Shown: positions 19,586 through 30,138 of the stretch, in pieces
How positions within the stretch are numbered: the stretch's first letter is position 1
Layout of the letters: the number at the start of each line of letters is the position of its first letter
Origin: Armatimonadota bacterium
GTDB taxonomy: Bacteria > Armatimonadota > HRBIN16
Assembly: GCA_963677485.1 (NCBI GenBank)
Contig: OY781964.1
Location: 32,001 to 96,000 of the forward strand
Length of the DNA: 64,000 bases
Direction of reading: 5' to 3'
Translations under genes and position numbers: made by a program
Notes under the pieces: generated by a model
Seen by the model: only the letters and a program-made list of their open reading frames with translations
Told to the model about the DNA's origin: nothing
Databases searched by the model: none

Positions 19586-20536
19586 TTAGCTGCAGGCGGG
19601 TTCCAGAACCTCAACGGTGCACCGGTCGGCGTCGAGTCTGGTGCGCACACCAAACGGCAGCGTGATTTTCGGTGTGTAGTGTCCCACCTGAAAACCGATG
19701 ATCGTCGGACGCCCAACGGGACGCACGATGTCGTTAAATACCTCAGCCAGGGTCTGATTTCCTGCGTACCCGTTTTCGGTGTGGCAGCCAGACCAGGTGC
19801 CCAGGATGATGCCAGCAGCCTGCTCCAGTTTACCCGCCAGCCGAAGTTGCGTCAGCATTCGATCGACGCGGTATTCCTCTTCGCTGATCTCTTCCAAAAC
19901 CAGCAACTTGCCGCGGGTGTCCAGTTCATACGGCGTGCCCATCAGTGCGGTGATCAACGACAGGTTGCCTCCCACCATCTCACCCTCCGCAGAGCCGCTC
20001 ACCAGCGTTTTGATCTCAATACCACCCACAGGATTGGATAGTTGTCCAATGGGAGCGGTGGTGCTGATGGCTTTCAGCATGCTGTCATGCGAAAAGCTAT
20101 CCAGCTCAGGAACCATGCACGACGCGGGCATCGGAGAGTGGAAGGTGACCATGTGGCACCGTTGGGTGATGGCGATCAGCAGCGCGGTGATGTCGCTGTA
20201 GCCTGCAAACAGCTTCGGGTGCGCGGCGATCGTCTCGTAATCGAGCAAATCCAAAATGCGTGGAGTGCCATAACCGCCCTTCAGACAGACGATGCCGTCG
20301 ATGGCCGGATCGGCGAACATCGCATTGAGATCATCCGCACGGCACTGGTCGGAACCCGCCAGATATCCGGTTCGTTGGAAGCAGCTTGGGCCTGGTTTGG
20401 TGCGAAATCCCTGCCGATGAAGCCACTCCAGCGAACGATAGACCACCTCATCACCGCTGACCGGGCTGGCGGGTGCCACCACGCCCACGCAATCTCCCGG
20501 GCGCAGCGCCTTGGGACGTATAGCCTGCGCTAACAT
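19586..20536 (-). CDS. S66-family LD-carboxypeptidase
   Basis: VAPAS, GGYG, GYSDIT (Ser), GGNLS, LEE (Glu), GH (His) motifs. Confidence 0.93.
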   Translation of the reverse strand: MLAQAIRPKALRPGDCVGVVAPASPVSGDEVVYRSLEWLHRQGFRTKPGPSCFQRTGYLAGSDQCRADDLNAMFADPAIDGIVCLKGGYGTPRILDLLDYETIAAHPKLFAGYSDITALLIAITQRCHMVTFHSPMPASCMVPELDSFSHDSMLKAISTTAPIGQLSNPVGGIEIKTLVSGSAEGEMVGGNLSLITALMGTPYELDTRGKLLVLEEISEEEYRVDRMLTQLRLAGKLEQAAGIILGTWSGCHTENGYAGNQTLAEVFNDIVRPVGRPTIIGFQVGHYTPKITLPFGVRTRLDADRCTVEVLEPACS

Positions 20537-21348
20537 GACTCCAACTCCGGGTATAACACGAAGGAGAAGAAGCGAAGCAACTCACCCATATCTGAGGTGC
20601 AAAACCTCACCGTGCGGGAGCCATCCAACGAGGCGCCCGGATAGAACGAACGGCGATAGGCCACATGATGAACTTTGAACATGATCTCCACATCAAACTG
20701 ACTGGGCAAATCCACCATGCATGCGCTGAGATCACCCTGCAAAGCTACGTAGGCCGCCAGCTCCACCTGCTGAAGTAAACCCGCAGGAGAAGACGAAACT
20801 GTGGCACCGCCAAGCCCGTGCTTGAGCGCCACGGTGTGGATGTTGGCATTCAACCGCTTGGCACTCTCGCAAAGCTGATGGTCGCCGCTCACAAACACCA
20901 GCGGCACCGAGTAATATGAGGCGGTATAGGCCGCGATCACGCACTCGCTAACCTCTTCACCGTTGATCTTCACGTGAACACAACTGTCGTTCATGGTGTG
21001 GGACATCGGGTTGCCAGCCCATCCCGCTGCCGAATGGTAGCCCACCAGCATGGCGGCGTCGAAGCTGCTGTCAAGCATCGCCATCATGGCGTTCGGTTCA
21101 CCGGTCCAGCCACGGACCAGACGGGCCTCTTCGGGCAACTGTTGGAAGTAGATATTGCGCGCGGTGTGGTGGCCGTCACGCACTAACAGATCGGTGGCTC
21201 CGGCTTTCAATGCACCCAGGCACGCCGCACGCACATGCTGTGTCATCACATCTGCAAAATACTGGTAGTGCGGTGTTTCGATATTTGCCTCGGGCCAGCG
21301 CACCACGCCCGGTAGCCCTTCGAAATCCGCTGAGATATATATTTTCAT
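20530..21348 (-). CDS. dppA: M55-family D-aminopeptidase (DppA-like), copy 2
   Basis: YISADFEG, DGHH, VGYHS, SHT, SE, VSGD; clear paralog of 18590-19390. Confidence 0.92.
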   Translation of the reverse strand: MKIYISADFEGLPGVVRWPEANIETPHYQYFADVMTQHVRAACLGALKAGATDLLVRDGHHTARNIYFQQLPEEARLVRGWTGEPNAMMAMLDSSFDAAMLVGYHSAAGWAGNPMSHTMNDSCVHVKINGEEVSECVIAAYTASYYSVPLVFVSGDHQLCESAKRLNANIHTVALKHGLGGATVSSSPAGLLQQVELAAYVALQGDLSACMVDLPSQFDVEIMFKVHHVAYRRSFYPGASLDGSRTVRFCTSDMGELLRFFSFVLYPELESC

Positions 21349-21402
21349 AACTGTCCTCACGATCGTATTCCACTCAATATGATAACACTGAGATTAGGGT
21401 GC

Positions 21403-21632
21403 ACTCACGCGAAGACGCGGAATACGGAATGTCTCACGCGAAGACGCGAAGACGCGAAGGATATGGTATAGAAAGATTTGTGTGAACCGTGGATAGCCGG
21501 TTCCGACGGATTGGACGGATCGGTCGGATGGAACAACCGCCTGGCGATTCTTCCCGCTCCCTCTCCACGCCCTCCGCGTCTTCGCGTGAGACATTCCATT
21601 CTCTCTCCGCGCCCTCCGCGTCTCCGCGTGAC
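21403..21632. repeat. Nested inverted-repeat module of 9-mers
   Basis: GGAATGTCTCACGCGAAGACGCG pairs with CGCGTCTTCGCGTGAGACATTCC; inner GACGGATTGGACGGATCGGTCGGAT. Confidence 0.8.
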
Positions 21633-21638
21633 ACAACA

Positions 21639-22751
21639 CTATCCTTCGATGTATATCCGTGGCACGCGTGGGCCGATGGTACACAAAACCTCATTGCGGT
21701 TGGTGTTCCCCCACTCCGCCAGCTCCATCAGGCCCACGCCCGGTTCATCCACTTCGCTGAGCAGCAGCACTTCGTCGCCTATGATCACACCGGCAATGTC
21801 TGTCACATCGATGGTGCATTGGTCCATGCAGACTGAGCCCACCACTGGTGCCCGCTGCCCACGCACGCTGACCCACGCCTTATTGGCCAGGCAGCGCGAG
21901 TATCCATCGGCATACCCCACCGCCAGGGTGGCGATGCGAGTGGGTCTCTGAGTGACGAAGTAGCTGTCATAGCCGATGCTTTCGCCTGCAGGCACATCCA
22001 TGATATGGCTGATAGTGGTGATGAAACGGACGGGCAGCTTCAAACACAGCTCCTCCGGCTTATGTTCGGAAGGCGGCGCACCATAAAGGATTGCACCAGC
22101 ACGGACCATGTCCATCTGATGGTCGGGATAGCGCACCATGCCGATGCTGTCACAGATGCTCAACGTAGGCAGTTTCAGACCCAGCTCTTGCAGCCACTGC
22201 ACCATCTGGCGAAACAGCTCGATTTGCTGATAGTCTTGTGTGGGTTCACGCAGCGAAAGGTGTGCAAACAGCGTATCGACCACCACTCCACGCAGACGGG
22301 TGATCTGCTGGATGAGCTCAGCGGTCTGTTTTGTGGCGGGAAAGCCCAGCCGGTGGAATCCGGTATCAAGCTTCACAGCGATGTGGGCATGTTGACCGTG
22401 ATCAAGAGCCGCTTCGGTGGCCAACTCCGCTTGTGCGAACCGGCATACGGTGAGCTGTATCCGGGCCTCGACAGCCGTTGAGATGTCGTCGTCCGACACG
22501 ATGCCCATTACCCACAAGGGTGCCTGGGGATACTGGTACCGAAGCTCTATGGCCTCACTCAGGCAGGCCACGGCCAACAAATCGGCCCCGCCATCCAGCA
22601 TCACTTGCGCTATCTCCACCGCACCAAATCCGTAGGCGTTGGCCTTGATCACCGCCGCCAATTTTACATTGGGGCGAAGCATGGCCCTCACCGCTTGCAG
22701 GTTGGCGGCCACCGCATTGAGGTCCACTTCCAGCCATGTTCTACGCGTCAA
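21639..22751 (-). CDS. alr: Alanine racemase family PLP enzyme
   Basis: AVIKANAYGFG (PLP Lys), KLDTGFHRLG, VRAG, IGY (catalytic Tyr), GYADG, VCMDQ. Confidence 0.93.
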   Translation of the reverse strand: MTRRTWLEVDLNAVAANLQAVRAMLRPNVKLAAVIKANAYGFGAVEIAQVMLDGGADLLAVACLSEAIELRYQYPQAPLWVMGIVSDDDISTAVEARIQLTVCRFAQAELATEAALDHGQHAHIAVKLDTGFHRLGFPATKQTAELIQQITRLRGVVVDTLFAHLSLREPTQDYQQIELFRQMVQWLQELGLKLPTLSICDSIGMVRYPDHQMDMVRAGAILYGAPPSEHKPEELCLKLPVRFITTISHIMDVPAGESIGYDSYFVTQRPTRIATLAVGYADGYSRCLANKAWVSVRGQRAPVVGSVCMDQCTIDVTDIAGVIIGDEVLLLSEVDEPGVGLMELAEWGNTNRNEVLCTIGPRVPRIYIEG

Positions 22752-22829
22752 GGTTGATGCCTCCTAAGGCGGATTTTTGTGGGTGTGACAACCTTAGGAT
22801 ACCTTATACACCATGATCGTGTGTAGTGA

Positions 22830-23059
22830 TTCACTCACACGGAGACGCGGAGGGCGCGGAGGGGATTGTCCGAACCACGGATTACGCGGATTGATGGGAT
22901 GACACGGATGGAGAGGGAGAGGGACGGGAATGCCTGCACCTTATCCTCTCCATCCGAACCTATCCGTGTCATCTGTGTAGTCCGTGGTTCAGACAAAGAG
23001 CCTGCAGGTCAAACACACACCATCTCCCCTCCGCGACCTCCGCGTCTCCGCGTGAGTGA
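22830..23059. repeat. Nested inverted-repeat module just downstream of tRNA-Gly
   Basis: Outer TCACTCACACGGAGACGCGGAGG / CCTCCGCGTCTCCGCGTGAGTGA; inner TGTCCGAACCACGGA / TCCGTGGTTCAGACA and GATGACACGGAT / ATCCGTGTCATC. Confidence 0.85.
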
Positions 23060-23096
23060 ATCCCTTGGGTTTTATGCTATGGTGACTAGTGAAAAG

Positions 23097-23170
<74 letters not shown>

Positions 23171-23244
23171 AATTGAGGTTGGATCAGCACAAAAATTATA
23201 CCACGATGCTCGATTTCGCGCAAGCTCACTCACTCACCGCGCCG

Positions 23245-24339
23245 TCAGATCGGCTCATCCTTCGAATCTGCCACCACGATGATATCGATATCTTTGGTCT
23301 GCCGCATGATGCGCGTAATGATGGAGCCTTTGAGTATCTCCTGAAGCCGACCACGCGCTGATTGGCCCATCACAATCGCGGTTGCACCTGCCTGTACGGC
23401 ATACTGGACGATCTCACCAGAGACCGAATCGCCCTCCAGCTCAACCACTTTACCGCCGAAGTTCCTCGCGAGTTCATAGACGCAGTTGATCTGGTCCTGC
23501 TCACGTTTGGTCAGGCTGGCTCCCGGCGGCCTCACAAACACCACGTCAAATGTGCCCTGCATCCGCTTCGAAATACGGTAACCACGCCGGACTAGCTTCT
23601 GCGCCACGGTTCGAGGGGTCACACATACCAAAACATGCTCGCGAGCCAGCTTCCCTTGGGCCATATCATGCCCTTTCATGTATTCATGAAGCTGCTCGTC
23701 CACCTCCTCAGCGGTTCGCTGCAAGGCCAGCTCGCGCAAAGCCACGATGTTGCCTTTCCGGAAGAAGTTGGCCAGTGCCTGCGGGATCTTATCTTCTTTG
23801 TAGATGTCGCCTCGCTTCAGCCGGTTGATCAGCGCATCTGCGGTCAGGTCGACCAATTCCACTTCATCAGCCGAGTCGATGACCCAATCGGGTACAGTCT
23901 CACGCACCCTCACGCCGGTAATCTCAAAAACCACATCGTTCAAGCTCTCCACGTGCTGCACATTCAATGTGGTGATCACATTGATCCCAGCCCCTCTGAT
24001 CTCCTCGATGCTCTGCCAGCGTTTGGCATGAACCGTGCCCGGCACGTTGGTGTGCGCCAGTTCATCGATCAGCACACATTCCGGATGGCGGGATATCACA
24101 GCGGCGGTATCAAGTTCGTAAAAAACCGTGTCGCGGTATTCAATCTTCTTCAACGGAATCTGCTCGAACCCTTGCATCTGCTCAGCGGTGGCAGGTCGAC
24201 CGTGTGTCTCGATCAATCCAATCACAATATCCTCACCACGGCCGACGCGCCGATGCGTCTCGGACAGCATCTTGTAGGTCTTTCCTACACCAGCCACCGC
24301 ACCGACGAATATCTTGAGTTTCCCTCGGTCTGAGCTCAT
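23245..24339 (-). CDS. kdpD: KdpD N-terminal cytoplasmic sensor (KdpD domain + Usp), stand-alone
   Basis: GKLKIFVGAVAGVGKTY, IDELAHTN, TTLNVQHVESLND, LRELAL, then a Usp domain; no TM or kinase part. Confidence 0.93.
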   Translation of the reverse strand: MSSDRGKLKIFVGAVAGVGKTYKMLSETHRRVGRGEDIVIGLIETHGRPATAEQMQGFEQIPLKKIEYRDTVFYELDTAAVISRHPECVLIDELAHTNVPGTVHAKRWQSIEEIRGAGINVITTLNVQHVESLNDVVFEITGVRVRETVPDWVIDSADEVELVDLTADALINRLKRGDIYKEDKIPQALANFFRKGNIVALRELALQRTAEEVDEQLHEYMKGHDMAQGKLAREHVLVCVTPRTVAQKLVRRGYRISKRMQGTFDVVFVRPPGASLTKREQDQINCVYELARNFGGKVVELEGDSVSGEIVQYAVQAGATAIVMGQSARGRLQEILKGSIITRIMRQTKDIDIIVVADSKDEPI

Positions 24340-24920
24340 TTTAGCGTTCGGCCTGCCTCATCAAGTTCAAGGTTAATCCGCAGCACGTTGACCCTTGGCT
24401 CACCCAGAAAGCCTAATTCACGCTGGGTGATGTGGTCGGCTACAAGCTGCTTGACACGTTCTACCGATAAGCCGCGGGTCTTCGCCACACGCGGCACCTG
24501 AGCATATGCGTTCGCGATGCTAATGTCGGGATCTAATCCGCTACCCGAAGCGGTCACCATATCTACTGGTATCTGACCAGCATCAACTCCAGGGTTTTGG
24601 AGCCGTACGGCCTTTGAACGGTCTGCTATGGTCTCAAGCAGTACCTTGCTGGTGGGCCCAAGGTTTGACCCGCCTGATGATACGGCATCGTATCCTTTCC
24701 CGGCCGCAGATGGTCGGGAATGGAAGTAGGTAGCATCTGCGAATTGCTGACCGATCAGTTCCGAGCCGATTACTCTACCGTTCACTCTGACCAGGCTGCC
24801 ATTCGCCTGCCTAGGAAACAGCAGTTGGGCTAATCCTGTCATCACCAGCGGATAGAGAATCCCTAGCACGACCATCGTCACAAGTGCCATGCGAATAGCG
24901 ATCGATGTATGTCTTCCCAT
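24336..24920 (-). CDS. kdpC: K+-transporting ATPase subunit C
   Basis: QANGSL, GSELIGQ, YFHSRPSA, SGSGLDPDIS, RVNVL. Confidence 0.97.
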   Translation of the reverse strand: MGRHTSIAIRMALVTMVVLGILYPLVMTGLAQLLFPRQANGSLVRVNGRVIGSELIGQQFADATYFHSRPSAAGKGYDAVSSGGSNLGPTSKVLLETIADRSKAVRLQNPGVDAGQIPVDMVTASGSGLDPDISIANAYAQVPRVAKTRGLSVERVKQLVADHITQRELGFLGEPRVNVLRINLELDEAGRTLK

Positions 24921-24930
24921 TCTTGACCTC

Positions 24931-27045
24931 CTAAGCCGCCAGACCGAGGGCTACCAGTATCAAGTCGATAAACTTAAGCCCGATAAACGGCACCACGATC
25001 CCGCCTGCACCGTAGACCAGCAGGTTGCGCTGCAGCAGCGAAGCCGCACCCAGCGGACGGTATTTCACGCCTCTGAGCGCCAACGGGATCAGTGCCACGA
25101 TCACCAACGCGTTGAAGATGATGGCCGAAAGAATGGCACTGTGCGGTGAATGGAGCTGCATGATGTTGAGCTTGTTGAGCACAGGATACGTCGTGGCAAA
25201 AATAGCTGGGATGATCGCGAAATACTTCGCCACATCGTTGGCAATACTGCATGTGGTCAACGCTCCGCGGGTCATCAAGAGCTGTTTGCCGATCTCCACT
25301 ATCTCAATGAGCTTGGTGGGATTGGAATCCAAATCCACCATGTTACCCGCCTCTTTGGCGGCCATCGTGCCGGTATTCATCGCCACGCCCACATCGGCCT
25401 GCGCCAGTGCGGGAGCGTCATTGGTGCCATCTCCGGTCATCGCCACTAGTTTACCTTGTGACTGCTCCTTCTTGATCAATTCCATCTTGTTCTCAGGTGT
25501 CGCTTGAGCGAGGAAATCATCCACTCCGGCCTCTTTCGCGATCGCCGCAGCGGTGAGCGGGTTATCGCCGGTGATCATCACCGTGCGGATACCCATAGCC
25601 CTGAGCTGATCAAAGCGTTCCTTGATGCCGCCCTTCACCACATCCTTCAAGTGGATCACTCCCACGATATTGCTGTCTTTAGCCACAACGAGAGGCGTGC
25701 CTCCAGAATTCGAGACCGATTCGACGATGGGCCGCAGTTGGTTGGGTATGGAACCCTTCTGCCTTTGCACCCAGGCGATGACGGCATCCGCCGCGCCTTT
25801 CCGGATGCAGTGGCCGTCGATATCGACCCCACTCATACGTGTCACAGCAGTAAACTCCACGAATTCGGCGTCCGGGTCGATGTGCCGGTCGCGAATTCCG
25901 AAGCTCTTGGCAAGCACGACGACCGAGCGTCCCTCAGGCGTCTCGTCGCTGAGCGAGGCCAGTTGGGCGATGTCCGCCACTTCCCTCTCAGATAACCCAT
26001 TCACCGGGATGAACTCCGCAGCCTGGCGGTTGCCGAAGGTGATGGTGCCGGTTTTGTCCAGAAGCAATGTGTCCACATCCCCCGCCGCCTCGACAGCGCG
26101 TCCCGACATGGCCAGCACATTATGCTGGATCAGTCGATCCATACCGGCGATCCCAATGGCCGATAGAAGCCCGCCGATGGTGGTGGGGATCAAACAAACC
26201 AGCAATGCGATCAGCACAGAAATGGGCACGGCACCACCGGAATAGATGGCGAAACACTCCAGTGAGACCACCACCAGCATGAAGATGATGGTCAGTCCGG
26301 CCAGTAGAATATCAAGTGCGATCTCATTCGGGGTTTTCTGCCGTGAGGCACCCTCCACTAGCGAAATCATGCGGTCAAGGAAGCTCTTACCGGGATCAGA
26401 CATGATCTTCACCTTGATCCGGTCGGAAAGCACCTTAGTGCCGCCCGTGACGGCACTGCGGTCACCACCGCTTTCGCGAATCACGGGTGCCGACTCGCCG
26501 GTGATTGCGGATTCATCCACCGAAGCTATCCCTTCCACCACCTCGCCATCACCCGGTATCACCTCGCCAGCCGTCACCATCACCACATCACCACGTCGAA
26601 GCTGTGCAGCCGACACATGGGTCAGCTTCCCATTGAGGATCAGGTTGGCTACGGTATCGGTCTTCATCTTCCGCAGGGTATCAGCTTGCGCTTTGCCTCT
26701 GCCTTCCGCCATAGCCTCGGCGAGGTTTGCGAATAGGACAGTAAACCACAGCCAGACCGCGATGGCACTCAGGAAAGCCACGTCTGGGCCACCACGCAAC
26801 GCATCCACGACTGCATAGTATGTGCATATCACGCTGCCCACTTCCACCACAAACATCACCGGACTGTGTATCATCTTTCTGGGATCAAGCTTCACAAGCG
26901 CATCGAGAGCAGCCTGAGGGATGAGTTTCCCCATCGAGTCATGGCTGCGGTGTCTGCCGCCCGATACTTCATCAGTCGGCATCACTATATCGGTATCAAT
27001 CTCTTCACGTTCTATGGTCGCGCTGCTTCTATTAGTCATCTTCAT
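24931..27045 (-). CDS. kdpB: K+-transporting ATPase subunit B
   Basis: [33 protein letters not shown]. Confidence 0.98.
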   Translation of the reverse strand: MKMTNRSSATIEREEIDTDIVMPTDEVSGGRHRSHDSMGKLIPQAALDALVKLDPRKMIHSPVMFVVEVGSVICTYYAVVDALRGGPDVAFLSAIAVWLWFTVLFANLAEAMAEGRGKAQADTLRKMKTDTVANLILNGKLTHVSAAQLRRGDVVMVTAGEVIPGDGEVVEGIASVDESAITGESAPVIRESGGDRSAVTGGTKVLSDRIKVKIMSDPGKSFLDRMISLVEGASRQKTPNEIALDILLAGLTIIFMLVVVSLECFAIYSGGAVPISVLIALLVCLIPTTIGGLLSAIGIAGMDRLIQHNVLAMSGRAVEAAGDVDTLLLDKTGTITFGNRQAAEFIPVNGLSEREVADIAQLASLSDETPEGRSVVVLAKSFGIRDRHIDPDAEFVEFTAVTRMSGVDIDGHCIRKGAADAVIAWVQRQKGSIPNQLRPIVESVSNSGGTPLVVAKDSNIVGVIHLKDVVKGGIKERFDQLRAMGIRTVMITGDNPLTAAAIAKEAGVDDFLAQATPENKMELIKKEQSQGKLVAMTGDGTNDAPALAQADVGVAMNTGTMAAKEAGNMVDLDSNPTKLIEIVEIGKQLLMTRGALTTCSIANDVAKYFAIIPAIFATTYPVLNKLNIMQLHSPHSAILSAIIFNALVIVALIPLALRGVKYRPLGAASLLQRNLLVYGAGGIVVPFIGLKFIDLILVALGLAA

Positions 27046-27052
27046 CACCTCC

Positions 27053-28780
27053 CTAACCTATACGGCCTGCGTACATCATCAAGTGTTCGACCACCGGTCC
27101 CAGCGCGTATGCCGGGAAGAACGTGAGCGCCCCGACGATCAGTATCACCCCCACCAACAGCCCAACGAACAGTCCTCCAGTGGTCGGAAATGTGCCGCTC
27201 GATTCTGGAACCCGCTTCTTCTTCACCAGCGACCCGGCGATAGCCATGATCGGTATGATGAACATAAATCGGCCGATGAGCATTGCACATCCAAGAACGG
27301 TGTTGTAGAACGGCGTATTGGCAGATAGGCCTGCAAATGCACTTCCGTTGTTTCCAGTTGCGGAACTGGCTGCATAGAGTATCTCTGACAACCCATGCGG
27401 CCCGGTGTTCAACCGACCAGCAAGACCAGATGGCGTGACAGATGCCACGGCACTGAACCCAAGTATGCTGACCGCAACCACAAGAATAGCCAGCATGGCC
27501 ATCTTCATTTCCTTCGGCTCTATCTTCTTACCGAGATATTCCGGAGTTCGTCCCACCATCAACCCTGCGATGAACACAGCGAGTATGGCGAACATCAGCA
27601 TCCCAAGCAGTCCCGAGCCGACACCGCCAAAGATGATCTCGCCAAGCGCAATGTTGAGCATCGCGATACCGCCGCCCAGTGGCGTGTAGCTGTCGATCAT
27701 TGAGTTAACGGCTCCGCAGGAGGCATCTGTAGTCGCGGTCGTAAAGAGTGCTGAGCCAGATATACCAAACCGCGTCTCTTTGCCCTCCATGTTTCCACCA
27801 GATTGTTGACTGCTGGCCTGCTGATAAACCCCCAGTTTGGTCATCAATGGGTTACCGGCTTGCTCTGTCCAATAGATTCCACTCACACCGCCCAGGAACA
27901 TGATCATCATCGCTGAGAATAGTGCCCAGCCTTGCTTTTGGTTGCCGACGAAACGGCCAAAAGTGTAGGTAAGTCCCGCTGGGATTAAGAAGATGGCAAG
28001 CACCTGCAGGAAGTTGGTGAGTGGGGTTGGATTTTCGTATGGATGTGCGGAGTTGGCGTTGAAGAACCCTCCGCCGTTGATCCCGATCATCTTGATCGCC
28101 TCTTGTGAGGCCACGGGACCTTGGGCGATCACCTGATGAGCACCTTCCAATGTGTTCACTGTGACATACGGCGACAGGTTTTGTATCACACCTTGTGAAA
28201 CAAACACCAGCCCAAGCACGATGGACAACGGCAGAAACACCCACAGACAGGATCGGGTGAGATCCACCCAGAAGTTGCCTATCTCCTCCACCGAATGGCG
28301 TGACAAGGCCCGTAGGAACGCCACAGCCAGAGCCAGACCGACTCCGGCAGACACGAAGTTCTGCCAGGTGAGCCCAACCATTTGGGTGAAATAACTCGCG
28401 GCACTCTCGCCTGCATACGCCTGCCAGTTGGTATTTGTGACAAAACTCACGGCGGTGTTGAATGCCAGCATCGGATCCATAGAAGCAGCGTGCGCGGCAT
28501 TCCACGGTAGAATGTGCTGAAACCTCAAGATCGCGTACAACACGAACAGACAAACCATACTAAAGATCAGCATCGTTGAGGTATAGGTCGTCCATTTCAT
28601 TTCACGCTGAGGGTCCACTCCGCAAATCCTGTAAATCACATTCTCAACAGGCCGCAACACTGGATCAAGCAGCGTTCGTTCGCGACGAAACACCTTGGCC
28701 ATATAGGCACCCATCGGCTTTGTCAGTAGTATCAGCAGAACTGCAAACACCACTATCTGCGATACACCCATCCATATCAT
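27053..28780 (-). CDS. kdpA: K+-transporting ATPase subunit A
   Basis: [53 protein letters not shown]. Confidence 0.98.
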   Translation of the reverse strand: MIWMGVSQIVVFAVLLILLTKPMGAYMAKVFRRERTLLDPVLRPVENVIYRICGVDPQREMKWTTYTSTMLIFSMVCLFVLYAILRFQHILPWNAAHAASMDPMLAFNTAVSFVTNTNWQAYAGESAASYFTQMVGLTWQNFVSAGVGLALAVAFLRALSRHSVEEIGNFWVDLTRSCLWVFLPLSIVLGLVFVSQGVIQNLSPYVTVNTLEGAHQVIAQGPVASQEAIKMIGINGGGFFNANSAHPYENPTPLTNFLQVLAIFLIPAGLTYTFGRFVGNQKQGWALFSAMMIMFLGGVSGIYWTEQAGNPLMTKLGVYQQASSQQSGGNMEGKETRFGISGSALFTTATTDASCGAVNSMIDSYTPLGGGIAMLNIALGEIIFGGVGSGLLGMLMFAILAVFIAGLMVGRTPEYLGKKIEPKEMKMAMLAILVVAVSILGFSAVASVTPSGLAGRLNTGPHGLSEILYAASSATGNNGSAFAGLSANTPFYNTVLGCAMLIGRFMFIIPIMAIAGSLVKKKRVPESSGTFPTTGGLFVGLLVGVILIVGALTFFPAYALGPVVEHLMMYAGRIG

Positions 28781-28806
28781 CTCAGGCCTCCCAGCAGCTT
28801 ACGCAT

Positions 28807-28896
28807 CTACAGCCGTTCCGGCTTCAGCAGGCAGAAAAATAGATAAGCTAACAGTGCAACCGAGATCAACCCGATCACCACATATTCCGGGCTCAT
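28807..28896 (-). CDS. kdpF: KdpF small subunit (29 aa)
   Basis: Not in the ORF track. MSPEYVVIGLISVALLAYLFFCLLKPERL* has the YL...L.PE KdpF signature and lies directly upstream of kdpA. Confidence 0.9.
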   Translation of the reverse strand: MSPEYVVIGLISVALLAYLFFCLLKPERL

Positions 28897-29165
28897 TATT
28901 TACCACCTATAGCTTCTCGGTTGCTCTCACGTAAAGCAGGCTCATCCCGAAAAACACGAGCACTATCGCGATCATGGTCAGGTCCAGCATTGTTGATCAC
29001 CTCAATCTTTTCTATGGCTCCTACCATTCGGTCAGGACGGCCGGGACGGCGTCCCCAGGTATCTTCGCACTCTGGGCTGCACCAGTAACGCACCTGGCAC
29101 CAGGTATACAACCTCATGATTACCAGGTATGCGCCGATTGCGAATATCACATGCCATGCATCCAT
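28896..29165 (-). CDS. Small membrane-anchored hypothetical protein at the head of the kdp operon
   Basis: GGAGG RBS; N-terminal TM (WHVIFAIGAYLVIM); TAATG overlap with kdpF. Confidence 0.6.
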   Translation of the reverse strand: MDAWHVIFAIGAYLVIMRLYTWCQVRYWCSPECEDTWGRRPGRPDRMVGAIEKIEVINNAGPDHDRDSARVFRDEPALRESNREAIGGK

Positions 29166-29209
29166 TTCGAAACCTCCCAAGCCTAATATGCTTAGGCTTG
29201 TAAATATCT

Positions 29210-29298
29210 GGTCATAGGGGCGCCCCTTGTGGGCGCCCTGAACTAGAACCGTTTAGTAATCAACGATTAGGGCGCCCACAAGGGACGCCCCTACGACC
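29210..29298. repeat. REP-like inverted pair (TAGGGGCG...CGCCCCTAC type)
   Basis: GGTCATAGGGGCGCCCCTTGTGGGCGCCCT and AGGGCGCCCACAAGGGACGCCCCTACGACC: 30 bp near-perfect inverted arms, each itself a hairpin. Confidence 0.8.
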
Positions 29299-29372
29299 GT
29301 ATCAATAACAGCGTAGGCTGCCGTGCCAGCACGGGCCGGTTCTTGTTCTTTCATCTAGAGAATACAATTGGA

Positions 29373-29424
29373 GGTATAAACGGGATGTGAACCCGAGCTG
29401 GGTATGTGTTAAGTTTTTGTATAG
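29373..29424 (-). promoter_or_regulatory. Possible KdpE-binding direct repeats upstream of the kdp operon
   Basis: Minus strand CTATACAAAAACTTAACAC and TTCACATCCCGTTTATAC resemble the E. coli TTTATA-N-TTTACA KdpE box. Confidence 0.4.
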
Positions 29425-29439
29425 CTGAGGATTTGAGGC

Positions 29440-30138
29440 TTAGGAGGAGGTGAAGCGGAAGCCGACGCCGGTTTCAGTCAGTATATAGCGAGGCGAGGAG
29501 GGTCGGGGTTCGATCTTCTTTCGCAGGTGGCTGATATGCACGCGCAGTGTCTGGGCGTCCTCAAGGTATTCAGGCCCCCACACTTTCTGCAGGATCATTT
29601 TTGAGGTCAGCACGCAATCGGCGTTTTGAGCCAGATAAGCCAGGATATCAAACTCCATCCTGGTGAGCTCGATCTCTTGGCCCGCACGCATGACGGTGCG
29701 TTTGGCGATGTCTATCTCCAGTTCACCCGCATGGATCACTGGCGGAGCGGAGACAACCGCCGCAGTCCTGCGCAACAGCGCGCGGATTCTAGCCAGCAGC
29801 TCGGTGGTAGAAAATGGCTTGGTGAGGTAGTCATCAGCACCGATGTCCAGGGCCGCCACCTTATCGGCATCACCGCTGATTACGGACAGCATCAGGATCG
29901 GACCCTCATACCAGTTGCGAAGCTCGCGGCACACATCGATGCCGGTAAGACCCGGCATGGCCATGTCCAGTATCACCAGATCAGGCGGGAGCTCGATGGC
30001 CAAGCTGATGCCTTCTTCTCCATTAGAGGCCAGCACCACATCATATTTGCGGGCCGTCAGTATCGACTTGAGAGCTCTTCGGATCTGCTCCTCATCGTCA
30101 ACGACCAAAACCCGTGCCATTTTTTCTGGTGAACTCAT
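29440..30138 (-). CDS. kdpE: KdpE response regulator (OmpR family)
   Basis: VVDDE, LD, GADDYLTKPF, LRVHISHLRKKIE, ILTETGVGFRF; next to kdp genes. Confidence 0.93.
   Translation of the reverse strand: MSSPEKMARVLVVDDEEQIRRALKSILTARKYDVVLASNGEEGISLAIELPPDLVILDMAMPGLTGIDVCRELRNWYEGPILMLSVISGDADKVAALDIGADDYLTKPFSTTELLARIRALLRRTAAVVSAPPVIHAGELEIDIAKRTVMRAGQEIELTRMEFDILAYLAQNADCVLTSKMILQKVWGPEYLEDAQTLRVHISHLRKKIEPRPSSPRYILTETGVGFRFTSS

Noticed and set aside
29166-29440. c-di-AMP (ydaO) riboswitch upstream of kdp
   Set aside because: No recognisable consensus; the structure is explained by a REP pair and a short hairpin.
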